In this document: one piece after another, positions 34,168 to 46,411 of the stretch
Layout: each line of letters opens with the position of its first letter
Position numbering within the stretch: position 1 is the first letter of the stretch
Assembly (NCBI GenBank): GCA_043228905.1
Contig: JBHGNT010000021.1
Location: 10,850,001 to 10,914,000, forward strand
Length of the DNA: 64,000 nt
Source of the DNA: Azolla caroliniana
Lineage: Eukaryota; Plantae; Polypodiophyta
Direction of reading: 5' to 3'
Made by a program: the position numbers and the translations under genes
Notes under the pieces: generated by a model
What the model was told of the DNA's origin: nothing
Seen by the model: only the letters and a program-made list of their open reading frames with translations
The model's database searches: none

Positions 34168-37100
34168 TGTGGGGTGTCGAGTGCTATGTGCGGAAACGTG
34201 TATGGATCTGTAGTCGGTACTGGACAACAAACAACACATATAGAAAATAGAATAGGCGTGGAGACTTATACAGATGGAGCTTTAATGGAAAGCTTCTTAT
34301 TACTTCGTTCTTTCTCAGAGATATGATAGTCTGCGCGTCATCACTCATTACAATGTTAGGTATTCACTTATATACTAAGCCCTAACTTATTAACGAGTTC
34401 ACACTCGGATGGATACAATTTGGAAGGAGTCGCCCTTTTATGCCAACAAACTCCTCCATAAAAGGACTACTCTTTCTTGCATGTACAAGTGCTTGGGGTT
34501 ATCTCCCCCATAAACCTAGATTACAAATTTAACTAGATCTTATGTTACAAGTCTGTCGGCAAGTAGCCGAGTCAACAGAGCTATAATATGAGTGTCAGTC
34601 AGCTCTTACCTTCTGCTCCTTGTTCGCCTTTCTTCTACTCGGTCGCTTGTCGTAGCCCCATCTTCGTACTTAGCATTCCGAAGCGTTGTTCAGGCAATTG
34701 GCGATGTTCACCTCAGTGTCGATGTTTCGGACTTCGAGTTTCTTTTTGGTCATGAGCTCCCGGATATGATGATACTGCACCTCAATGTGCTTCATCTTCG
34801 CATGGTAGAAGGTATTGTTGATGAGGTGTATTGCGCTCTGTGAGTCACAATAGATAGTCCGCAGTCAATCGGTGCAGCCAGATTGCTTCCTCCCCTGCTT
34901 CCGATGCTGCTATATACTCGGCTTCTATAGTAGACAGAGCCGTGCATTGTTGAAGCTTCGACCTCCATGATATTGCACTGCCACCATAGGTGAAGATGTA
35001 GCCTGATGTCGATTTCCGATTGTCCGTGTTCCCGGCATAGTCGGAGTCGGTGTAGCCTTCGATTTCGGCTGAGATTGTCAGTCTAAAGGTTAGTTGTGCA
35101 TTTGTGGTTCCTTTTAGATACCTAAGGATGTGCTTGACGGCCTCCCAATGCTTCTTTCTTGGGTTTGACATGTACCGGCTAACCACCTCTACGACATAGG
35201 CTAGGTTGGGTCGGATTGCCACCATTGCGTACATGATACTTCCTACTGCCAATGCGTAGGGTATCTTTCCATTAAGCTCTCTCTCCTTGTCCGTTGCAAG
35301 AGAGTCTCTATCCGATATTCTGATTGACATCGGAAGTGGTGACTGTGTTGGCTTCGTGTTCTCCATGTTGACTGGGAGAGTCGGTGTTGGTGTTGGCTTT
35401 GCGGTGTCGGTGTTGGCTTCGTGTTCTCCATGTCGGTGTTGGTGTATTTGAACTGGGAGAGTCAGAGAGTGTTGGTCGTCCGAGTTCCTTCATGCCCAGT
35501 ATGTGTCGGGCTTGTCTGAGTTCCTTCATCACGAACTTTGTGTGAAGGCTCTGCTTCAGCTTACCGATGTTTGCTTGATTGCTCCCTACAATCAACATGT
35601 CATTGATGTATAGGATCAGATAGATCCTTGACTCATTGGCTAGTTGCTGAACATACATGCATGGGTCGGAGTCTGATCTGTTGTATCCAAGCTACCGTAT
35701 GTAGGACTCAAACTTCTGGTACCACATTCTCGGTGCTTATTTTAGGCCATATAGACTTTTCTTTAGTAGACATATGAGGTGACTGTCCTCCCCCGTAGCC
35801 ATGAAGCCTGCTGGTTGAGACATGTATATGTCTTCTTCCAAATCTCCGTGTACGAATGCCATCTTTACGTCCATCTGCTCGAGCTCAAGATTTTCTGTCC
35901 CCATGACTCCTAGTAGGAGTTGGAGGGTGGTCATCTTGACTCCTGGTGAGAATATCTCGTCGTTGTCGACCTCGTATTCCTGTTTGAATCCTTTCGCGAC
36001 AAGCCGAGCTTTGTACTTGGGTTTCTCTGAGTCGAATACATAGTTGTATCGGAACACCCATTTGCAAGGTAGCGGCTTTCTTCCTGTTGGTAGTTCGACC
36101 AGCTCCCATGTCGATTCTGATGAATCGAGTCCATTTCGGATTTCATGGCCTACAACCATGTTTCGGTGTCTGGTGCGGCCATAGCTTTATCATACGTGTG
36201 TGGTTCGCCTGCATCCGTGTAGTGGACATAGTCGAGGCACGGTTGATAAAACTCTGTTTGCTTTCGAGCTCGTCTAGATCTCCTTGGTGCGATAATATCT
36301 GGTTCGGATTCTTCGATTGGTTCGGTATTTGTTGAACTAGTTGTGTCAGGAGTCTTGTTAGGTATCCCACCCTCGGTTTGGGATTTCAGTGGTGTCTGGT
36401 TGTTCTCCCATGTGGTTGTTGTCAACTCGATTCTGACTGGCCTTTTTCTTTGTCAACTCTTGTCGATTCGGCTGTGTCTTTGATTGCTTGGTCTTTGAGT
36501 TCGACGTTAGGACTTGTTGCCAATTCGGTGTCGGTAGGGAAGTTGGGAATTTGTTGGAGTTCGACTATTTGTCGAGTCTCCGATTCGGCCCGTTGGGTCG
36601 GTTCTTCTACGACAGTGCTGTCATCTTTGAAGGATACCTTCTTACCGACTGTTTTCTGTTGGTTCCGTTGAGAGAAGATAGAGTCTTCATTGAAGACTAC
36701 GTCGCTGCTCCGGATCAATTTCCGGTTCTCAGGGTCCCATAGCTGGTAGCCAAAGTCCCCATTGGTTCCATAACCGAGAAATATGCACTTTGTTGCATGG
36801 GGTGCCAACTTCGTCCTTTTGTCCCTAGGGATGAACGCATAGGCTTCGCATCCGAATATATGGAGCCTATTGTAGGTCGGTTGTTTTCCTGACCATAGTG
36901 CATGTGGCCATTCGAGCCTGATTGCTTTTGACGGCGCCAAATTTATCAGGTACACTGCCGTCTATAATGCCTCGGCCCAAAATTCCAGCTTCAGTCCGGC
37001 TTGCTGGAGCATTGCCGTCACCCTCTCCTGGATCATACGGTTGATCCGTTCAGCCACCCCATTCTGCATGGGTGTGTAAGGAACGGTCTTTTGATGTCAG

Positions 37101-39282
37101 ATCCCTTTTCTGGACAGCTACTGTTTGAAGGCTTTGGAGGTGTACTCACCTCCGTTGTCGGATTGGAGTGTCTTCACTCTATGTCCCGACCGGTTCTCCA
37201 CTTCAGATATCCATTGAGTGAAGACCTCGAGCGCTTCATCTTTGGACTTGATGGAGTATGCTCAAACTTTCCGTGTATAGTCATCTACGAATGTGATGAA
37301 GTACCGGGAGCCTCCTAGTGATCACTCTGGCATGGGCCCACATATGTCTGTGTGCACAAGCTTGAGGGGTTGTCGTACCATCTCGTAGTGGAGAGAGTGT
37401 AGACTTCAGGTTTGTTTCCCATATCGACAATGCTCGCAAAAGTCCGTCTTTGCCTAGAGTTTCGGGATGTAGCCGACCGACATCAGCCGATCAAGTCCGG
37501 CTTGAGACATGTGGCCAAGTCGGCCATGGCATAGGTTCGGGTAAGTTTTCTCGGCTACGTTCACGGCCCCTTCAGGGTTGATCGCCATTAATGGGTATAA
37601 ATTATTATAGTTATGCCCACTACCGATTTTGAGGTTTCCTCGGCTGATCACCCATGTCGACTAGTGTAGAGTTATTCGATACTCGTCTTCGGCTAACATG
37701 CCGATGGAGACCAGACTCCTCTTTAGATCGGGTACGTGCCAAACTCAGTGCAAGATTATTGTGTTCCCATTTGGAAATCTGATGGGAACCTCCCCGGTTC
37801 TAGCTATCTTGCACTCCTGCCCGTTTCCCAGTCAGACTGTGCTGTTGGCGTCGGCTGAATAGTTCAAGAACCATTCAATGTTGGGGGTCACGTGAAATGT
37901 GGCACCAGAGTCTAGTAGCCACGTGTGTGCAACTTGTGCAATGTAGAGGACTTCGCCGATCATTGAATCCTCTAGGGAGAGGATTTGTCCGGGTCGGGTG
38001 TCGGCAACATTGATCTGGTTGCCGACTGGAGAGTGATCCAAGTAGGAACGTCCCTGATGCCGCTCGGATCGCCGACCACTCTCTTTTCTTTTTATTGACT
38101 AGTAGTCAGAAACATTGTGGCCAGCTTTCCTGCAATGTGTGCAATACTCACTTGTTCGGCTTGTTCTCGACTTCGATCGTTGTCAGTCACCCCTTGTTTT
38201 CGATCGACTGTAGCAACGACCAGTTCTGTCAGCTTGTTCTTTAGTTCGACTCTGTTGGTCTAACTACTCGGTCGGTCTAACGACTCGGTCGAGTGATGGG
38301 CTTTTGCCGACTCATCGATGGTTAGTCCCATCGATTTTCGCCTGATGTCCTCTGTGAGGACTTGGCTGGTGGTTTCGTCCAGATTTAGGATCGGTCGGCT
38401 ATTGGCGTAAGTTGTACAGAATATCTCCCAACTTGCCGGCAAGCTCGATAGGAGGGCAAGGGCTTTCACTTCTTCTTCGAAGTTGATCCCTTGTGACGAG
38501 AGCTCTAACAACACCCTGCTGAAGGTGTTGATGTGGGGGGTTGCCGGATCAGTCTCTTTAATCTTCATGTTGAACAATTGTTTGATCAAGATCAATTTCA
38601 AAGATGAGGACTTCTTCTCATAGACGACTTGTAGTTTCTCCCACAATGAGAACAATGTCGTCTCTTTCGCCATGCTGAAATAGACGTTTTCGGGCAGATG
38701 CATTAGGATGGTGGAACGTGCGATTTCGTCCGTTGATCTCCACTCCTCGGCTGTCATTTAAGCAGGTTTTTCGCTGTGCCGTATGGCTTCGACCTGTCTT
38801 TGAATGATCAGCACATCCTGCATGATCTCCTTCCACAAGGCAAAGTTTTTGTCGTCAAATTTTCTGATTTCTACTCCTGTTCTGGATGTTGAAGCCATAT
38901 TCTGTTTGTGAAGCTGAGATTTTAAACCTGGTCTTTTCTTTCAGCTTTTTCTATTTTCTATTGCTGTCGAACAACAAAGATTCAACTCTGATACCAGTTG
39001 TGGGGTGTCGAGTGCTATGTGTGGAAACGTGTGTGGATCTGTAGTCGGTACTGGACAACAAACAACACATACAAAAAATAAAATAGGCGTGGTGGAGACT
39101 TACAGAGATGGAGCTTTAATGGAAAGCTTCATATTACTTCGTTCTTTTTCAGAGATACAATACTCTGCTTGTCATCACTCATTACAATGTTAGGTATTCG
39201 CTTATATACTAAGCCCTAACTTATTAACGAGTTCAGACTTGGATGGATACAATTTGGAAGGAGTCAGTCTTTTATGCCAACA
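34168..39282 (-). mobile_element. Element D: degenerate Ty1/copia (Tnt1/Tork-like gag N-terminus)
   Basis: LTRs 34168-34448 and 38999-39282 (~20 substitutions and a 3-bp indel). TSD AAGGT/AAGGC. PBS TGGTATCAGAG (iMet) at 38986-38996. gag KFDDKNFALWK, PR WLLDSGAT, RT KARLVAKGF/QMDVKMAF, RH YTDSDYAG. Confidence 0.95.
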
Positions 39283-39338
39283 AAGGCATGGTGTGGGTTG
39301 GTCTAGTGGCTAACATATTTGGTACCCCCAACACACGC

Positions 39339-40302
39339 TGTCGTGAAGATCCGTCACTACGCGCGGATCGTGAGGCGGAACCGCCGGGGTTCTGGACCAG
39401 AAGGATTTAGAATCGATACAAGCTTTGGCAGGAAAGTACTTAAGATAGATTGGGAAAGAGAGAAGATGAGATTACACGATTGATTTGATAACGAATTTCT
39501 TCTTCTTAATTTTCATAAAAAAACCCGTCTTTTTCTCCTCCCCCCTTCCCTCTTTTATAGATGCTCTCATGCATATGATGCATGTGAGGGTACAAGACAT
39601 GCATAAATTGCATGTTTGCCATTTGGCGCTTAAGTATTACATGTGGTGCATGCTAACCATGTCACTCATTTTAGCACTCATGGATGAGAATTTACATGTA
39701 AAAGTACAATGATAGAAATATAATTTCAACTAAATATTATGGCTTAATGGTAAGCCATTTGACTCCTAACTTGGAGGTGCAAGGTTCAAATCCATACTTG
39801 GCCTCCTTGTATATGTATATATTTTTATATATTTATTTTATCTAGTCGTCGGTTCGCCGGATACCGTCGCCGGATACCGATGCCGCCGTCGGATTGCCGT
39901 CGGATCACCGGCTCCATCACCGGTCCGGTTTTGGTTGGCCAAAACCCTTTTCGAGTAGCTAGCCACCTCCATTCTAAGTTCAAGTTACCTTGAACTCTCT
40001 ATGCTCCACACATAGACACAAAGATAATATCTTTTGCTCCACCTTATATATGATGAGAGCCGTATTTGTCGTGCCTATGTGGGATATCTCACAATTTTCT
40101 CTTTTCTTTTCACAAACTTTATACCCTCATATCTTGACATTTAGTTGTCCATTTCTCGTGTAATAAAGTGCATTCGAAACCTCCATCATTTTGTACTTAG
40201 ATATTAAAAATGTTATCTTCACAATTATTGTATTACATGATTAATACTCGATTTTGTACGTTTTATGGGATTTTCACACTATTGCCGAAAATCTTCACGA
40301 CA
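39339..40302 (-). mobile_element. Element E: 964-bp non-coding insertion, probable solo LTR, with a 12-bp terminal inverted repeat and 4-bp TSD
   Basis: TGTCGTGAAGAT...ATCTTCACGACA; ACGC on both sides; removing it restores A ORF2 VPPTHAIKPKK; TATA-like CTATAAAAG on the minus strand at ~39552. Confidence 0.8.
39740..39797 (+). other. Degenerate tRNA(Arg)-like segment with A and B boxes inside element E
   Basis: TGGCTTAATGGTAAG (A box), TTTGACTCCTAA (anticodon-loop-like, CCT), GGTTCAAATCC (B box); no acceptor stem. Confidence 0.5.
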
Positions 40303-42571
40303 ACGCCATCAAGCCGAAGAAGTGGACTTGGCTGGAAACTACACCAAATAAGGCATCCAAATGACAGCAACTCCCAACCCCGGATGGACAGCAGGGGAAT
40401 CATCTCAGTAGGAAGGACAAACAACCTTGGAACAAGAGTCGGTGGAGCCAGTTCTGTAGCAAACCAATCAAAATCAAGCTGCGCCGGCAGAACACGGACA
40501 TGGACATGGATGACCTGGTCCGGAGGATGAACCAAGAAACCGCGGAGGAAGAGGTTGAAGATAAACTAGCTAAGGCCCTTCGACATTGCCCAAAGAAGTA
40601 CAACACAGAGCAGCAAGGGGAAGGATCAGGCCTGGAGCAGGCTAGTAATCCGAAGACCCACTCAATGGAGGTAGAACCCAAGATGAAAGAAGAGCCGGTA
40701 ATAAGACCAGAAGCGGTGACAACGGTTCAACAAGAACCCGCTATAGAGGAACTTATCCCACCGGGTCTTGAAACGCAGCAACACAAGGAACGCCGTCCAG
40801 AGTGAACACTAGAACCACTGACCCAATGGCTTAGGAAGGAGCACAAACCAAGACTGGAGCCAGGGCAGTAGTTTGTTGTCCTAACATAACAAGGAACATG
40901 CCACCAATGGTTAAAGTGGTTCGGAGAGCAAGTATCCGGTGTGGCCGACCGAATGGAGGACGAGCAATAGGAAGTACAAAGCCAGGTGGAACGGTTGCTA
41001 GCCACAACCAAAGAATTAGAGAAGCCAGGGGCACAAATCCGGAGCTTGGAGGAAGAGTTGAAAAGGGCCAAGGAATACGCGGTCATCATGGCTAACATGG
41101 GTCAACAAAGTGTAGTAACGGCCACCGACTAATCTACAAAAGGAAGCTCTGGAAATGGATGCGCAACCAGTGGTTAGTACAACCCCAAAAAAAGATGCTG
41201 AGCGAGAACAGGAAATGTTAACCTTAAGGGAGGAATTAATTGCTCAAGAAGCATTGCGAGAGAGAGAGAGAGAGAGAACGCAAAAGCAGACAACAGAAGA
41301 AGAGAAGTGGAGAATAGAAGAAAATATCTCAAAAAGTCACGCAAACAACAACCGGCTAAAGGAGGAAAGAGAAAAACTGATGCGAGAGAAGGAGAATGGT
41401 GGAGACAGATATAGAGCGGTTGAAAGAAGAAATCTGGCAGTAGAAGGAAAGAGAGGATCGAGCGCGCTCCCACATAAACCGTCGGCTAAAGCAGAAAACA
41501 GAGGATTTTGAAAAGTTGCACTGAGACCACAAGCAACTAGATGCCGAACATAAGAAGCTTGGGTCAGAAATTGGCCGACAGCAAGAAAATTTGAAAGAAA
41601 TATGGAGGGAACTGGCCAAGAACACGGAGGCGCTAGTGGATGAACAAACCAAGATGCTTGCTACTGCGAAGGCACTCGTAGAAGCGGCAAAGGCAAAAAT
41701 GGAGCTAAACAAAAAGCACTATGAAGAAGTAGAACGAGCAAAAATGGCTTTGGATAGGGTCCAAACAACCTACCAAACCCAGTTGGTGAACTATGAAGTG
41801 CAGGCTCAAGCTATCACCGCCCTCATTAAGAAGCTGAAGGAGGACAAGCAAGTTGCGGAGGACAAGACAAAGCTCAGAGTGGGCAATATCCGGGCAATGG
41901 TGAACGCATGGAAAGACTGGACAAAGAAGAATATCGACGACAACTCGGTGCGCTGGTGGACTGAATGGTCGCAACAAGCGGCGGAATTAGAGGTATTTTG
42001 ATTAGATGCAGAAAACCGAAAGAAGGCCGGTGACAATTTTTACAAGATGGATGAAGAAAGTATTGTCACCATCCGAGAGGAGTTGGTAGATGACTTCTTT
42101 TCCTTGGCAAAAAGTATTGTCAACTTGAACCTATCCAGAGGCTGATGGAAAGACTTGATGATGATCAGGTCAGAACACAACTTCAATTTGAGCAATTTGA
42201 ATGGGAACGTCAATGGTTGGAAGCAGAAAAAGGAACGACGGCTATAAAAATAAGTGATGAGGAGCAGATTGTGTAACTACAACTGCAACAGGAGGAGCTG
42301 CCAAATAAAGTTGAAGGTAAACAACCAAGGGGAGCTGGTGGGGACGAGAACAAAGTGACCGGGTCGGAGCAGCAAGCAGGTACCGGAAATAGAGAGAATG
42401 CCGAAACTGGCACAAGAACGGAGATGCCTTAGACGGAAGAAGCTGGGGAGCAACAATAGGCGAAACAAGGGCAACAACAACCAGAAGAGTATCAGCAGAA
42501 TGAAGAACCACTCGAACCCCTAGACCAAAGCATATTCGACATACCCGACGAGGATTTACGAAGCTACCCTA

Positions 42572-42612
42572 TGGGTTTGACATACAAGGCACATTCCCAC
42601 GGGCGTGCCATG
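42572..42612 (+). other. tRNA-Arg 3'-end-like motif (inverted PBS) at the PPT position of A
   Basis: TGGGTTTGA CATACAAGGCACATT CCCACGGGCGTGCCA TG, then the LTR. Confidence 0.85.
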
Positions 42613-43078
42613 TGTTGGCCGGTGGCCGTAGTATGAAAGACAAGTGGGGGATGAGTCGGAAGAGGAAATTAAGTTATTAGTATTTGTCATTAATTAGCTA
42701 GAATTAAAATAGGAATGGACAGATCTTGAAGAGTTGCACCAATTTGGATCGGGACCGATTCATCACCGGTTGCCGATATGGCCCTGTTTTGTAAACAAAA
42801 CCAGATGCCTATAAAAGGATCTGAAGAATGATGTATTAATGGACAGAATTAATATAAGTAAAGTTGGCTTTAAGATTATTGTGCATCTACTTACTTTCCG
42901 TTCTATGCTTACGATCGATCATATCTTACACGTGTAATGAACTTGTGTAAGTTGTTAATCCGGAACCAGTCGGATAAAGTGATATCTGTGTCGGAAGCAT
43001 AAAACTGTAACCACCCCTTTGGTGAAGTGATCCAGAAGGACACCCTGTGTTAGTGGCAAGTCCAACCCAGGATTAACA
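42613..43078 (+). repeat. Element A 3' LTR
   Basis: Homologous to 12-491; followed by TSD ATTTA. Confidence 0.92.
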
Positions 43079-45510
43079 ATTTATCCTAGAGAATGGGCCA
43101 ACCGATGAAGCAAGCACAGATGCCCCACTAGCCGGTATTATCACTGGAGTCATTTCAAAAGTGGGGACTTGATTTCATCAGACCGTTCAAGCCGGCAACA
43201 ACACGAACCGAGAACAAATACGGACTATTGTCATTACGGGACAATTCCGTGACATCGATGGTGAAATTTCTGTATGAGTGTATATGGTGCTAATTCAGAT
43301 GCCCGATTGAAGTCATCCGTGACCAAGGCGGGCACTTCATCGGTCAGATGATGGAAATTTTGACACTATTTTACATCGTAGTACACAAGAAAAGCACGTC
43401 ATACTACCCACAACCAACAGAGTGGCAAAATCAATGAACAAGACACTATAGTCAATACTAAAAAAGATAATCAACGAAAACCAGACGGATTGGGATACGA
43501 AACTTCAGAGCGCACTATGGGTGTATCGGGCAACATACAAGACAAGCATGGCAATGATTGAAAAGACAACTAAAACCACGATGTCAACAGGGCACTTAAT
43601 AAACACCACGTGTCATTATCATGTAATAATTGACCACGACATGTAGGTGTGAGAACCCAAAATAGGCGGTGACGTGAGGATAGAGGACGCAAAGTGACAT
43701 GGGAATAGAAGGTTGCAAAGGAAGCGAGGGAATCTCATTTCGTGACAGAAAAATTTCAAGAAGCGGCGTGTGAGAAAAACTCAAAGAACCGGCAAAGAAC
43801 AAACAACTCTTCTTCGGAAAAACCTCGAGGAAGATAACACAAAACCAATGGTGCTATTTGTAGAAGTGAAGGACTGGCTACAGAATAACAGGGTTGAAGG
43901 CTTCATCCGAGTAGCTGAGGCGCTGCCGCACAAAGACCCGGAGAAGATTGCCAAAACGATTGACGTCGAAGATATCTCTGAAGCAACTATCTAGGCAGCT
44001 ATCGAGTTTCGATCCGAAGGATTGTAGTCAATTGAGAAGCGTCCACAAAACTTTTGGACAAATACTTCGGCAAGTTTTCCATCACCAATAAGGCTTATCA
44101 GACTCAAGGAGGAGAAAATGTCTTGTTCTAGGAAATTGCTAGAGTATTGCTTGAATATGGCTTCATGCACCCCCCAACCCGCAATGCTTCTCAACATCTT
44201 TGTCATCTCCATCCCCATTACTACCCTATTTTCATCATAATCATAAACCCTAACCCTAAAACCGATAACAATATTTTGGCACATCCAATGGGACCACTCC
44301 CGACCACTCGCAACATCTTTTGAAGGCTTACGGGTCAACTGGCCCTTGATTGTAGTAGAGTCCCTCTGGATTGCCATAGCCGCAGTTGTAGTCGGGAAGA
44401 AGGTTTGGACCGGTGTGGCACAGTGGCTAACTATCCTCGCACCGCCGCAACTCACCATCAAGCCGAAGAAGAGGGAACGAACAAAGACGATGCTAGAGTA
44501 GCCGACGAAGGGGCAACAACTGCTGGCCAAACACACCCTTGGTTGGGTTGAAGAAGAACCTTGACGATCGAAAACGCCTCCAACTTCTATGAAAGGAGCA
44601 ATTCTGGGACCAACAAAACCCATTCGGCTCAAGCTGAAAAGACAAGACAAGACACAGGAACAACCAAACAACACAACACACGAGGAGACCGTAGAGGCGG
44701 AGGATCTGGAAGAAGAAAAGGAGGATCTGGAACGGGTAGTCGAAGATGAAAAACGGAGGATGGAAGGACTCTGGTGATTACAAAGCAACATGTAGCGATT
44801 GAATGAGGAGAAAGACATGTTGCAGTAGGACAAGGATAAGCTCCAAAGGATTGCGGAAATGGAAATCACATGGTTTAAATAAGAGCTCTGCCAACAAAAA
44901 GATCAGGACAATCGGTTTTAGGGACAAGCCAACAGACGCCTCAAAGAAGAAATAGAGGACTTTGAAAAGTTGTACTGGAAGCACAAAGAGCTCGAGAAAG
45001 AATACGACTAGAAGCGTGACAAAATAAAAGAGGCCCGTATGCAAGTGAAAGACAAAACGGAGGCCCTAGCGGTGCAAGAGAAGGTGTTGGGGAAACAACG
45101 ATGAAGCTATTGGAGGACGCGGAAAAGCAATGGATGGAGTTGATGATGGAGCATAACCGGGTAGTAGAATGGTCGAATATCGTATTAGATAAGTATAAAG
45201 AACCTACCAGACCCAAGCAACGAACTATGAATTCCAAGTAGCGGTTGCCACACAACTGATCAAGTAGCTGAAACAGGAAAAGCAAGCCACGAAGGAGAAG
45301 GTAAAAATGGGCATCCAATGCATCTAGATGATTATCGGAGCTTGACGAGAACAGATGCAAGCGAGGTTGGAAGAGTGTCCCGCAGCAGTATGAGAACAAT
45401 GGTTGAAGCAGGCAGCGGAGCTCCAAATCCTTCGTGCCGATGTACAGAACCAAAAGAAATCCGACGAAAACTTCTACAAGATGAACCAGGAAAGCATTAA
45501 CACAATCTGC
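43079..45510 (+). mobile_element. Element H: oldest, heavily decayed copy of the same gypsy lineage (integrase remnant and ORF2); host of A and probably F
   Basis: Joining 1-11 (AATGTGATTTA) to 43084 onward approximates ECDLCQRMGQP. INT remnant to ~43550. ORF2 from 43848 (MVLFVEVKDWLQNNRVEGFIRVAE) to ~45510. Confidence 0.85.
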
Positions 45511-46053
45511 ATACTTGTTGTACGCATGTGAATCTACAATAGAGCATGTAGGTATGCATGCGTGTGCCAAGCGTAAATACTACAAGGAAGCAACTATGCA
45601 CATGATGCTAGAAAAATAATAAGGACCAATTACATACATAGCTATGTACTAGATATCTTGGTTAGCTCATAATACTAGATTATAACATGGTCGTGTCAAG
45701 AGTTCGAATCTTGACATTATCCCCCCTCCTACGCCGCCTTCCCAAATCGGTCGTTGGTTTGTGGGGATATTGGTGATGAAAATCTTGGACGACCTCTGGG
45801 GCATTTTGTAAATTTGCCGATGGTTCCCACGTGGCCCAGAATGGACGACCTATGGGGCATTTTGTACTTGGGGTAACCTCTCCATAGGACGAGGTATTGC
45901 AAGTGTCGACGGTGCCAATGTGAGTCAAGGATTTGGTCGACCTCGTATTCCTCCTCTGTCGTCAATTGCACAGGTGGTGGTGGTGGGGCCTGGCGTGATG
46001 GGAGTTGTGAAGCATAATGGGATTCGAGGAGGGAGACATGAAAAACATCGTGA

Positions 46054-46411
46054 ATCCGGAAGTGGGATGGAAGGGCGAGCCAAAAGGCGACGGGATTGAT
46101 GCACTCGATGATACAGAATGGTCCCAACTTCTTGTAATCAAGTTTCGCACATGGACGAGTAGTAGAGATGTGTCGACGTAACAACCAGAACATGTCTCCA
46201 ACAACAAAGTGTGGAGTGGAAGATCGATGGTGATCCGGAAGTGGGATGGAAGGGCGAGCCAAAAGGCGACGGGATTGATGCACTCGATGATACAGAATGG
46301 TCCCAACTTCTTGTAATCAAGTTTCGCACATGGACAAGTAGTAGAGATGTGTCGACGTAACAACCAGAACATGTCTCCAACAACAAAGTGTGGAGTGGAA
46401 GATCGATGGTG
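46054..46411. repeat. 179-bp tandem duplication in the F integrase C-terminus
   Basis: ATCCGGAAGTGGG.. at 46054 and 46233; one substitution; ATC microhomology at the junction. Confidence 0.93.

Larger units (their letters stand above)
33713..42580 (+). pseudogene. Element A ORF2, decayed and split by D and E
   Basis: MALSTVIRDWLTKHGLEGFL..FFGEYS..MPKNRAG..KVDW; coiled-coil fragments 41155-42001; C-terminal EPLDQSIFDIPDE. Confidence 0.85.
12..43078 (+). mobile_element. Element A: old, degenerate non-chromovirus Ty3/gypsy LTR retrotransposon, expanded to 43 kb by nested insertions
   Basis: Homologous TG..CA LTRs at 12-491 and 42613-43078. Exact 5-bp TSD ATTTA at 7-11 and 43079-43083. Decayed gag-pol (540-4146, 31880-~33366) and ORF2 (33713-~42580) are collinear with intact copy B. 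Confidence 0.93.
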
